A stretch of DNA of 64,000 bases from Kiritimatiellia bacterium (lineage in GTDB: Bacteria > Verrucomicrobiota > Kiritimatiellia > RFP12 > UBA1067): contig JAFXEU010000005.1 in assembly GCA_017520845.1 (NCBI GenBank), positions 12,660-76,659 on the forward strand, written 5' to 3'. Positions 51,256-60,055 of this stretch are shown here, piece after piece. The translations under genes and the position numbers were made by a program. The notes below the pieces were generated by a model. The model was not told the origin of the DNA and ran no database searches. It saw only the letters and a program-made list of their open reading frames with translations. The number at the start of each line of letters is the position of its first letter. Positions within the stretch are counted from its first letter, which is position 1.

Positions 51256-52527
51256 ATGAGAACATTGCCGTTCACTAAAGAAAAACTTGAAGAGATTACG
51301 CGGAAGTGGCCTACGCCGTTTCATATCTACGACGCCGCCGCGATACGCCGCAACGCCGAGCGTCTTAAAAAGGCATTCGCCTGGAACGCCGGTTTCCGCG
51401 AGTATTTCGCGGTTAAGGCCGCTCCCAATCCGTATCTGATGAAGCTTTTGAAGGAGTTTGATTTCGGTTCCGACTGTTCGTCGATGGCCGAGCTTGAGCT
51501 TGCCGAGCGCGTCGGAAATACGGGCGAGGCGATAATGTTCACGTCCAACGACACTCCCGCCGAGGAATTCCGCCGCGCATGGGAGCTCGGCGCGATAATC
51601 AATTTCGACGATATAACCCACTGGGATTATTTTCTCTCCTCGTGCGACGGGTTTGAGAATTTCAATTCGGATCTTCCGAGGCGTGTTTTCTGCTGCCGCT
51701 ACAATCCCGGTCCTCTGAAGGGCGGGAACGCCATCATCGGAAAGCCCGAAGAGGCTAAGTACGGTTTTACACGTGAGCAGCTTTTCGACGGTTACGCGAA
51801 GATGAAGGCCGCGGGCGTTACGCGCTTCGGTCTTCATACGATGGTCGCCTCCAACGAACTCAACGCCGATTACATCATCGATACGGCTAAAATTCTTTTC
51901 GAGCTCGCCGGAGAAATTCACGAAAAGGTCGGAATAGATTTCGAATTCATCAACATCGGCGGCGGCATCGGCATCCCCTACAAGCCGGGCGACAAGGCGA
52001 TGAGCCTTGAAACCGTCGGCGACGGAATCAGACGCGCGTACGAAGAGCTCGTCGACGCGAAAGGGTTGAAGCCGATTAAGCTTTACATGGAATGCGGCCG
52101 CTCGATAACAGGTCCTTACGGTTATCTCGTCTCGCGCGTGCGCCACATAAAGAGCACTTACCGTCTTTACGCCGGTCTCGACGCGTGCATGTCGAATCTG
52201 ATGCGCCCGGCGCTCTACGGGGCGTACCATGAAATCGTCGTTCCCGGAAAGGAAAATTCCGACGTAACAAAGGTATATGACGTTACCGGGTCTCTTTGCG
52301 AAAACAACGACAAGTTCGCGATTCAGCGCGAGCTTCCCGTCCTGGAGCGCGGCGACATCGTCGTTCTCTGCGACGCGGGCGCCCACGGACACGCGATGGG
52401 CTTTCAGTACAACGGCAAGCTCCGCAGCGCAGAACTTCTTCTCGAGGAAGACGGCTCCGTCAGGGAGATCCGCCGCGCCGAAACGCTTGACGATTACTTC
52501 GCGACACTCGATTTCAGCGGTTTGTGA
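51256..52527 (+). CDS. lysA: PLP-dependent fold-III decarboxylase, most likely diaminopimelate decarboxylase
   Basis: YFAVKAAPN (PLP Lys), INIGGGIGIPY, TGSLCENNDKF and CDAGAHGHAMGFQYNG. TTG 51241 is an alternative start. Carboxynorspermidine decarboxylase cannot be excluded by eye. Confidence 0.7.
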   Translation: MRTLPFTKEKLEEITRKWPTPFHIYDAAAIRRNAERLKKAFAWNAGFREYFAVKAAPNPYLMKLLKEFDFGSDCSSMAELELAERVGNTGEAIMFTSNDTPAEEFRRAWELGAIINFDDITHWDYFLSSCDGFENFNSDLPRRVFCCRYNPGPLKGGNAIIGKPEEAKYGFTREQLFDGYAKMKAAGVTRFGLHTMVASNELNADYIIDTAKILFELAGEIHEKVGIDFEFINIGGGIGIPYKPGDKAMSLETVGDGIRRAYEELVDAKGLKPIKLYMECGRSITGPYGYLVSRVRHIKSTYRLYAGLDACMSNLMRPALYGAYHEIVVPGKENSDVTKVYDVTGSLCENNDKFAIQRELPVLERGDIVVLCDAGAHGHAMGFQYNGKLRSAELLLEEDGSVREIRRAETLDDYFATLDFSGL

Positions 52528-54746
52528 GCGCGGAACTTCTTTCCCCCGCCGGTGATTTTGATTCGGCCCTGGCTGCGTTCCGCGCGGGGGCCGATGCGGT
52601 TTACTGTTCGCTGGCCGAATTTTCGGCTCGGGCGTTCGCGAAAAATCTTTCGCGGGAGGAGCTTAAGAATCTCGTGCGCTATGCGCGAGCTGAAAGAAAG
52701 AAGGTATACGTCGCGTTCAATACGGTGATCGACGAGGGCGATCTAGAGCGCGCCGTTGAACAGCTTTCCGTTATAGCTTCGTGCAGACCTTCGGCGGTCA
52801 TCGTTCAGGACCTCGGCGTCGCGCGCATCGCGCGGAAGCATTTCCCCTCGCTCGAGCTTCACGCCTCGACCCAGCTCGTCGCCCATAATCTCGAGGGCGT
52901 TCTCGCGCTGGGCGAGCTTGGCTTTAAGCGCGTTGTTCTCGCGCGCGAGCTGTCGATCGCTGAAATTTCCTCCATCGCGAAGCGTTGCGGCGACATTGAA
53001 CTTGAATGTTTTATTCACGGTGCGCTGTGCTATTCCATTTCCGGTCTTTGTCTTTTTTCGGCGATGGAGAAGAACCGCAGCGGAAACCGCGGAAAGTGCG
53101 CTTACTGCTGCCGTTTGACCTATGAGTCCGAATCGGGCGGAAAGCCTCTCGCGTTTTCGATGAAGGATTTTCGACTGGGAGACGACGTCAAAAAGCTTGT
53201 CGACGCCTCGGTCGCCTCGCTCAAGATAGAAGGGCGCATGAAATCGCCTCTCTATGTCGCCGCCGCGACCGCTTATTACCGCGCGGTTCTCGACGGTGAC
53301 AGAACAAAGGCCCGGATCGCTCTTGAAAATCTCGAAACTGTTTTTTCCCGCCGCACGACCGACTTGTATTTCAACGGGCCGAACGGCGATGTGATCGATG
53401 ACACGAGTCTCGGGCATCTTGGCGCGTATGTCGGAAAACTCAAGCGGATTACCAAAGACCGCGACGGACGCAGTTGGCTCAGATTTCATACTTTGCGCGC
53501 GCTTGAGCGGCACGACGGGCTTCAGATACCCGCCCCCGGCGGCGGCAAGCCGCTCGGATTCGGCATAACCGAAATGCGTACCGCCATTTCCCGCAGCAAC
53601 CAGTTTGAGGTTCCCGCCGATTGTGATGTTGAAATTCTTCTTCCTGATGACGAGCGCGAAGAATTCAAGCCGCTCAGGTTCGTCAAGGCCGGCGCAAGCA
53701 TCTACTGTTCGATGTCCAACGAGGTGAAGCGTCTTCATCCTGTTCCCGGCTTCAGACCCGCCGATTATCCCGGATTCGTCGAGACCGATTTTAAAATCGA
53801 AATTTCGCCTCAGGAGATTTCCGTGGCCGCCGACGCCGAAGGCGTAATAGCGGAGGTGAAAATAAAAGGCGAATTCTCCAAGGCTAAAAATCCCGAGCGT
53901 ACGTACGAGGCGGTGGAGAAGGCGTTTTCAAAACTCGGCGGAACCGATTACCGTCTAGGAGCGTTGAGCGTCGTCGATCCCGACCGTCTCTTCGCGCCGA
54001 TAAGTTTTTTGAACGATTTAAGGCGTGATATCGTCGAGGAGCTTGATTATCTCCGCGAGAAGACCCGCCGGGCCGCTGTCGACGCCGCGCTAGAAGATGA
54101 ACAGCCCGACGCCGCGAATTTCGGAAGACCGCATCTTTCAAAAACGCTTAAAATCCGTATGGGGCAGAAAGTGCCTGCGGGAGAGTGGGATGAGATCGTC
54201 ATATCCGTAGGCGCGTCGGTTACGCCGGACGAATTGCGCGCGGCGTATCCTGATGTCCCCTCGCCGAGAATTGCGCTTCCCGTATTCACGTCTGAAACGG
54301 AGTATCAGAAGCTCCGTGTCGCGGTTAAGAGGTTTGTGCGTGAGGGTTTTGACAAATGGGAAGCGTCGGATCTTGCGACTTTGAAAACGTTGAAGTCTCT
54401 TGATGTTGCAGATATCACCGCCGATTGGACGCTTTACGCCTTTAATTCTTCCGCTCTTGCGGAGCTTAAGTCTCTAGGCGTGACGCGCTTTGTTGCGAGC
54501 CCGGAGAACGGCAGCGAGAATTTAACGTATCTTGCGGAAAGCGGTTATCCGATAGAGTTTCTCGCGCAACAGTCAACGCCGCTTTTTATTTCCCTTACGC
54601 CGCCTGCGGCTTTGCCGTCGAAGGAAAGCGGTTTTGTTTCGTTCAAGAGCGACTCTCTTTGGATTACAACGCGTCGCCTGCCGCGCGTATTCAATCCGCC
54701 CCGCGGGACGATAACCCGTATCGATTTAAGTTGGAGCAAAGAATGA
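52524..54746 (+). CDS. Peptidase U32 family protein (long form with a C-terminal extension)
   Basis: ELLSPAGDFDSALAAFRAGADAVY, VYVAFNT, the conserved Cys-rich segment GALCYSISGLCLFS...GKCAYCCR, and LKIEGRMKSP. GTGA overlap with the lysA stop. Confidence 0.85.
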   Translation: MSAELLSPAGDFDSALAAFRAGADAVYCSLAEFSARAFAKNLSREELKNLVRYARAERKKVYVAFNTVIDEGDLERAVEQLSVIASCRPSAVIVQDLGVARIARKHFPSLELHASTQLVAHNLEGVLALGELGFKRVVLARELSIAEISSIAKRCGDIELECFIHGALCYSISGLCLFSAMEKNRSGNRGKCAYCCRLTYESESGGKPLAFSMKDFRLGDDVKKLVDASVASLKIEGRMKSPLYVAAATAYYRAVLDGDRTKARIALENLETVFSRRTTDLYFNGPNGDVIDDTSLGHLGAYVGKLKRITKDRDGRSWLRFHTLRALERHDGLQIPAPGGGKPLGFGITEMRTAISRSNQFEVPADCDVEILLPDDEREEFKPLRFVKAGASIYCSMSNEVKRLHPVPGFRPADYPGFVETDFKIEISPQEISVAADAEGVIAEVKIKGEFSKAKNPERTYEAVEKAFSKLGGTDYRLGALSVVDPDRLFAPISFLNDLRRDIVEELDYLREKTRRAAVDAALEDEQPDAANFGRPHLSKTLKIRMGQKVPAGEWDEIVISVGASVTPDELRAAYPDVPSPRIALPVFTSETEYQKLRVAVKRFVREGFDKWEASDLATLKTLKSLDVADITADWTLYAFNSSALAELKSLGVTRFVASPENGSENLTYLAESGYPIEFLAQQSTPLFISLTPPAALPSKESGFVSFKSDSLWITTRRLPRVFNPPRGTITRIDLSWSKE

Positions 54747-56422
54747 TAAAACGGACATTGAAAATATTGGCGAAGGTAGCATGGTTTATTCCCGCATTTC
54801 TTCTTTGGGCTTGTTATCCGCCGATCGGTGAGAGAACTGATGTCTTTTTTGCAATTGCGCCTCTTATTTGGTTTGCCCGGAATCGCGCCCCTGGAGAAAG
54901 TTTTAAACTTTGGTTCTGGAACGGATTTATTTTCTGGTTTGGGACTCTCGCGTGGATGCCTGCAATTGTAAAAAACGGTGGACCATGGCCGCTTGTTGTT
55001 ATGGGCTGGGGCGGTCTTGCCGCGTATTGTGCGTTGTATTTCGGTCTCTTTGGTTATCTTTCTTCTCGCATCTGGCGAAGGGCAGAGGGAGCCTACTGGA
55101 AGCGTCTTGCGGCGATTTTCATTGCCGAGCCTGTTTTGTGGGCCGGACTTGAACTTGTCCGGTCTAATCTGATGGGAGGTTTCGCCTGGAATCATCTGGG
55201 TGTCGCCGCAGTAAAGTCCGGATTCGGAGCGGGGGCTTCGTTGGGTGGAGTTTACGTGTTGAGCATGATGATAGTGCTCGTAAATGGAACGGTTGCTTCC
55301 ATTGCCGAGCGTATTTTAACACCATGGTTGGCAGCTCGCAGAAAACAGCTGCAGCTCGGCGAACATATAATTGAATTGGATGCGAAGAAATCGGATGATA
55401 TAGAGAAGGAGGCCGGGTTTAATCTTCCCCGGTGGACGAGAAGTGTGGAGACGGTTCTACCGATGATTCTTGTTTTCTCTTTTCATTATTTAGGTAAATC
55501 GTATGTGCCCGAATATACGGCTGAAAACTCGCGGATTCTTTCCGTTGGGTTGATTCAACGGAATTTTCCCTGTGTATTTAAGGCTGCTGATGAGGAGCCG
55601 TGGAAAATTTACGAAAATCTTTTTTCGTGTTTCTCTGGTAAAACTCCCGATTTGATTGTATTGCCCGAAAGCGCTTTTGCGGAATTCAACCTGATTGGTT
55701 CGTGGCAATGTGAAGAATGGGCCCGTTGGATGTTGAAACGCTCAAGGGCGAAAGGGGTGATCGGCGGCGGCGGGCGCAAAACCGGCACGCAGATGTATAA
55801 TTCCGCAGCTCTTTATCAATTCGATTCAACCTGTCGCGACAAGGTCTCGCTTCAGGTTTACGACAAGGTTCATCTTGTTCCATTTGGCGAATATATTCCC
55901 GGGGATGAACTGATTCCCGCTTTGAAGAAATTTGCTCCCGTCGGCAGTTGTTCGCGGGGCGAGCCTAAATTGCTGGACTTCAACGGTTTTAAGCTAGGCG
56001 TCGCGATATGTTTTGAAGATACGGATTCTCAGCTTATCAGAAAATTTGCGGACATGGGGGCCGATGCGCTTATATTCATAACCAACGACAGCTGGTTCTA
56101 CGGTTCCGAAGAAACGGAGCAGCACGCGTGGCAGGCTGTCGCGAGAGCCGTGGAGACGGGTCTGCCCGTCATCCGTGTAGGCAATTCCGGCGTTTCAGGC
56201 GTCATTTATCCGGACGGCACGAGTCATTGGCTTGAAGGAGATAAAAAGGGCGAATTGCTTATTGATGAGGCGGGGTGCGGATATGCAAAGGTCATGCTGC
56301 CGAAAAAGGATTCCAAATCCAAGACGCCTTACACGCGATTCGGAGACATTCCGCTGACCGTTCTGTTTGCATTGGTTTTATCCCCGATATTTTTGAGATT
56401 TTCTTTTCATCGTAAAAAATAA
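54743..56422 (+). CDS. lnt: Apolipoprotein N-acyltransferase
   Basis: N-terminal polytopic membrane domain. The CN-hydrolase domain has LPESAF (Glu), YDKVHLVPFGEYIP (Lys), VAICFED (Cys) and ITNDSWF. ATG 54743 forms an ATGA overlap with the U32 stop. The longer ORF from 54659 overlaps the U32 gene. Confidence 0.88.
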   Translation: MIKRTLKILAKVAWFIPAFLLWACYPPIGERTDVFFAIAPLIWFARNRAPGESFKLWFWNGFIFWFGTLAWMPAIVKNGGPWPLVVMGWGGLAAYCALYFGLFGYLSSRIWRRAEGAYWKRLAAIFIAEPVLWAGLELVRSNLMGGFAWNHLGVAAVKSGFGAGASLGGVYVLSMMIVLVNGTVASIAERILTPWLAARRKQLQLGEHIIELDAKKSDDIEKEAGFNLPRWTRSVETVLPMILVFSFHYLGKSYVPEYTAENSRILSVGLIQRNFPCVFKAADEEPWKIYENLFSCFSGKTPDLIVLPESAFAEFNLIGSWQCEEWARWMLKRSRAKGVIGGGGRKTGTQMYNSAALYQFDSTCRDKVSLQVYDKVHLVPFGEYIPGDELIPALKKFAPVGSCSRGEPKLLDFNGFKLGVAICFEDTDSQLIRKFADMGADALIFITNDSWFYGSEETEQHAWQAVARAVETGLPVIRVGNSGVSGVIYPDGTSHWLEGDKKGELLIDEAGCGYAKVMLPKKDSKSKTPYTRFGDIPLTVLFALVLSPIFLRFSFHRKK

Positions 56423-56429
56423 ACTTTTT

Positions 56430-56438
56430 TGGTATAAT
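56430..56438 (+). promoter_or_regulatory. Extended -10 element TGGTATAAT directly upstream of the RNase R-like gene (leaderless geometry)
   Basis: Exact TGGTATAAT. The ATG at 56447 is 8 nt past the hexamer and no SD is present. Confidence 0.5.
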
Positions 56439-56446
56439 TTTTTACG

Positions 56447-58000
56447 ATGAAAAATCATGAAGGTCAGGTAATATTTCCACCCCCGGGTAAAACGCCGCGT
56501 GAAGACACGGCGGCGGTCATGAAGTTTTATAAGCTTCCGGCGTCGTTCCCGCGGGAGGTTCTCGAAGAGGCTAAAAAAGTTTCGCAGCGTCTGGAGAAGC
56601 CGGGCAGGCGTCTCGATCTGCGAAAAAAGTTCATTTTCACCTGCGACCCCGTGACGGCCCGCGATTACGACGATGCGATTTCTCTGGAGACCGATCGCGA
56701 CGGCAATACAGTACTCGGCGTTCATATCGCCGATGTGTCGCATTTTGTTCTTCCCGGAAGCGCGATAGACCGCGAGGCCAGAAAGCGCTCCACGAGCGTC
56801 TACTTCGCCGACAGAGTGGTTCCGATGCTTCCGGACGAACTTTGCAACGGCGTCTGTTCGCTCGTTCCGAATGAAGACAGACTTGCCTTTTCCGTTTTCA
56901 TGACCTTCGACAAGACGGGCGCGATGATAAAGCGTTCGTTCGCGAAGTCCGTCATCCGCTCGAAAGCCCGCTTTACCTATGAGCAGGTGATGCGCGTCAT
57001 TTCGTCGGGCGATAAGTCTAAAGATAAAAGTGTAAGCGCCCAGGCCCGGAAAACGATTCTCGCCGTGAATTCTCTGGCTTCTGTTCTCAGAGCGAAACGT
57101 TTTGCGGTCGGGGCTCTTGATATTGAAATTCCAGAAGCTGAGATTATTCTTGACGATAACGGCGAAATGACAGGGATCGTTTCGCGCCCCTATGATGAAT
57201 CGCATCAGATGATCGAGGAGTGCATGGTCGCGGCGAACGAGGCGGTGGCGACGGAACTTTGGACGAAGGGGATAAAAATTCTCGCGCGTCTTCATGAGCC
57301 GCCGGACGAAGAAAAACTTCTGATGCTTCGCGCGGATATGCGCTCCTTAGGCGTCAAGATGGGCAATATAGCGAATCAAAAGGTTTTTGCCCAGTTTCTT
57401 AAGACGATAAAGTCGAATCCTCTTTATCCGACGTTGTCGGTAATGGTTTTAAGGTCGATGAAAAGGGCTCTTTACGATTCGACCCAAATCGGTCATTTCG
57501 GGCTTGCGAAAAAATTCTACGCCCACTTCACTTCGCCGATTCGCCGCTATCCCGATTTGACGCTTCACCGTCAGCTTGCGGCGTATCTCGACGGTAAGGA
57601 TGCGCGCGTTCCGCCGAAGACTCTCGCAAAATGGGCCGAATGGGCGAGCGAGGCGGAGGAGATCGCCGCGGAGGCCGAGCGCGGGCTTTTGGAGATCAAG
57701 AAGTACAGACTTCTGGAGGATCAGCTTTCGGGCCGCAGAACGATGGAATATGACGCGGTAGTCTCGAAATGCACCCCGTTCGGGTGCTTTGTCGAGATTC
57801 CCGAGATTTCGGTTTCCGGGCTTGTGCATGTTTCGCTACTGTCCAACCGGTTCGTCGAATTCAACGAGTCCGATCATTCGCTTTCCGCGCCGGGAGGCCA
57901 ACGCTGGCGCATAGGTCAGAAGATGAGGGTATACGTGGTCAAGGTCGATTTCAGACAGCGTCGGATAGATTTCGCGCCCGTCAGAACAGGGAGAAGGTAA
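56447..58000 (+). CDS. rnr: RNase II/R-family 3'-5' exoribonuclease lacking the N-terminal cold-shock domains
   Basis: RNB motifs CDPVTARDYDDAISLE, GVHIADVSHFV, SVYFADRVVPMLP and HFGLA...YAHFTSPIRRYPDL. The C-terminal S1 domain is EYDAVVSKCTPFGCFVEI. It is only 517 aa. Confidence 0.85.
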   Translation: MKNHEGQVIFPPPGKTPREDTAAVMKFYKLPASFPREVLEEAKKVSQRLEKPGRRLDLRKKFIFTCDPVTARDYDDAISLETDRDGNTVLGVHIADVSHFVLPGSAIDREARKRSTSVYFADRVVPMLPDELCNGVCSLVPNEDRLAFSVFMTFDKTGAMIKRSFAKSVIRSKARFTYEQVMRVISSGDKSKDKSVSAQARKTILAVNSLASVLRAKRFAVGALDIEIPEAEIILDDNGEMTGIVSRPYDESHQMIEECMVAANEAVATELWTKGIKILARLHEPPDEEKLLMLRADMRSLGVKMGNIANQKVFAQFLKTIKSNPLYPTLSVMVLRSMKRALYDSTQIGHFGLAKKFYAHFTSPIRRYPDLTLHRQLAAYLDGKDARVPPKTLAKWAEWASEAEEIAAEAERGLLEIKKYRLLEDQLSGRRTMEYDAVVSKCTPFGCFVEIPEISVSGLVHVSLLSNRFVEFNESDHSLSAPGGQRWRIGQKMRVYVVKVDFRQRRIDFAPVRTGRR

Positions 58001-58001
58001 A

Positions 58002-59114
58002 ATGGAACTGTCATTGTTGATTAACAAGTTCAATATCAAAGGTCGTCTCGTTTCGCTTCGTCCGTTCGGCAACGGCAATATCAACGATACGTATTTAGCC
58101 ATATACCGCAATACGTTTACGGAGACTCAGGTTATTCTGCAGCGCGTCAACCGCAACGTCTTCCCCGAGCCGGAAATCGTCATGTCCAACATGCACGAAA
58201 TCACGAAGCACTGTCACGAGAAACTTGAGGACGACGCCGACAAGGGGCGCGATGATCGCGTCTGGCAGATGCCCCGGATCATCAAGGCCAAGGATTCGAA
58301 GGATTACGTCCGCGACGACAACGGCGAGGTATGGCGCGTGATTACGCGTATAATGTCCGCAAAGGCTTTCGATGTAGCCCAGGGCCCCGAGCACGCGATG
58401 GAATGCGGAGCGGCGCTCGGCCACTTCCACTATCTCATAAGCGATATGGACCCGGGACTTATCAAGGATCCTCTGCCGGGTTTTCATATCGCGAGCGGAT
58501 ATCTCTCGAAATACGACGAGACGCTTGACAACACTACAGCCAAGGAGCTTTTGCATTCTTCCATGGAGGCGCGGCGTCTTGAAAAGTTCATTTCAGAACG
58601 CCGCGATCTTGCGCTCTGTCTCGAAAAGGCGGAGAAGAGCGGCGAACTTAAAAAGCGCATGTTCCACGGCGACCCAAAGGTCAACAACATCATGATAGAC
58701 GACGTTACCGGCAAGGGTACGGCGATGATTGATCTCGATACGGTCTCTCCCGGCCTTATCCATGTCGATTTCGGCGATGCGCTCAGATCGATCTGCAATC
58801 CTGCCGGAGAAGAGGAGGGGGATCTTGCGAAAGTCGTTTTCGACGAGGATCTCTGCACGGCTTTCTGTAAGGGGTATATGCGCGAGGCCGGGTCGTTTCT
58901 CACGGCGGCCGACCGTGAATATCTTTTCGATTCGATAAGGCTTCTGCCGTTTGAGCTGGGGCTCAGGTTTTTCCAGGATTATCTCGCGGGGAACGTCTAT
59001 TTCAAGACGCGTCAGCCCGAGCAGAATCTTAACCGCGCACGCGTCCAGTTCCGCCTGTGCGAATCCATCGAGGCGCGCGAGCGTTCCATTCGCAGCGTCT
59101 TGAACAGATTGTAA
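58002..59114 (+). CDS. Aminoglycoside-phosphotransferase-fold kinase (possibly a sugar/N-acetylhexosamine kinase)
   Basis: FGNGNINDTY (nucleotide loop), catalytic loop HGDPKVNNIMID (HxDxxxxN) and IDLDTV (DxD). The substrate is not assignable by eye. Confidence 0.7.
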   Translation: MELSLLINKFNIKGRLVSLRPFGNGNINDTYLAIYRNTFTETQVILQRVNRNVFPEPEIVMSNMHEITKHCHEKLEDDADKGRDDRVWQMPRIIKAKDSKDYVRDDNGEVWRVITRIMSAKAFDVAQGPEHAMECGAALGHFHYLISDMDPGLIKDPLPGFHIASGYLSKYDETLDNTTAKELLHSSMEARRLEKFISERRDLALCLEKAEKSGELKKRMFHGDPKVNNIMIDDVTGKGTAMIDLDTVSPGLIHVDFGDALRSICNPAGEEEGDLAKVVFDEDLCTAFCKGYMREAGSFLTAADREYLFDSIRLLPFELGLRFFQDYLAGNVYFKTRQPEQNLNRARVQFRLCESIEARERSIRSVLNRL

Positions 59115-59166
59115 CGCGCTTTAAAGGGCGTGTCGCCCGAAATCGTCACTTCAACAGGAAAAATCC

Positions 59167-59982
59167 ATGAAGGCATTTAAATTTCTTACATTGACTCTTT
59201 TGGCTTTTGTCTCTTACCGGGGCGCCGCAGGCGAATGGATCGAAGAGTTCAACGGAAAAAGTCTTGATGAATCGAAGTGGTGCGATTGGGTCTGGTCGTT
59301 TCAGGGCAGACGAGCGGGATTTCTTTTCGCGCGCGATAACGTGGCCGTTTCCAACGGGTGTCTCAATCTGACGGCGCGTCTTATGCGAGAGGACGAGAAA
59401 ACCGTCGAGAATCTCCGTCGCGGTTTTACAACGTATGCGACAAGCCTTGTGCGTTCACAAGAGAAGTTCCGTTACGGATATTTCGAGTGCCGGGCGAAGA
59501 CTATGAATTCGAAAGTCTGCAACGCGTTCTGGCTTTACGATCCGCTGTCCGACAAGCCCGAGAAAAAATTCCGCATAGGCGATTATTCCGAGGAGATCGA
59601 TATTTTCGAGATTTTCGGGTCCCTCAAAGACTGGTACGGTACCGTCCACTGCCTTAAGACTCCGTATCTTGAAGGGATCGTGTACGCCGGGGTCGAGAAA
59701 CTACCGAACAAATCGAAGAAGATCGCGCTTGATTTCGATCCGTCGGCTGATTTTCACGTTTACGGATTTTTATGGAGCGAAAAAGAACTCGTATGGTATA
59801 TTGACGGCAAAGAGGTTTTCAGACGCGGGAACGACCGTTTCCACCGTCCGCTTCACGTGACGTTCGACTGTGAGATCATGTATTCATGGGTCGGAGAGCC
59901 CGAGAAGGGGGGCTTGCCTCAGGTTTTCTCGATAGACCGGTTTAAATACAGGCCTTTAACCGAAAACGCCAAGGACTTGTAG
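59167..59982 (+). CDS. Secreted glycoside hydrolase family 16
   Basis: Signal peptide, GH16 catalytic motif EEIDIFE (ExDxxE) and a beta-jelly-roll-type sequence (YGYFECRAK, FHVYGFLWSEKELVWYIDG). Confidence 0.85.
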   Translation: MKAFKFLTLTLLAFVSYRGAAGEWIEEFNGKSLDESKWCDWVWSFQGRRAGFLFARDNVAVSNGCLNLTARLMREDEKTVENLRRGFTTYATSLVRSQEKFRYGYFECRAKTMNSKVCNAFWLYDPLSDKPEKKFRIGDYSEEIDIFEIFGSLKDWYGTVHCLKTPYLEGIVYAGVEKLPNKSKKIALDFDPSADFHVYGFLWSEKELVWYIDGKEVFRRGNDRFHRPLHVTFDCEIMYSWVGEPEKGGLPQVFSIDRFKYRPLTENAKDL

Positions 59983-60016
59983 GCGGAAAATCGCGCAAGA
60001 CATTCTGCCGCTTTTT

Positions 60017-60025
60017 TGGTATAAT
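60017..60025 (+). promoter_or_regulatory. Extended -10 element TGGTATAAT upstream of the long GreA-like gene
   Basis: Exact TGGTATAAT preceded by a T-tract. The SD AAGGAG at 60044-60049 follows. Confidence 0.5.
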
Positions 60026-60055
60026 TTTTGGACTTTAAATTTCAAGGAGATGAAA

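Noticed and set aside
59983-60016. Possible intrinsic terminator after the GH16 gene (GCGG...CCGC followed by TTTTTT)
   Set aside because: Only about 4 bp pair cleanly and the rest of the stem is mismatched. The T-tract is equally well explained as the UP-like element of the downstream TGGTATAAT promoter.
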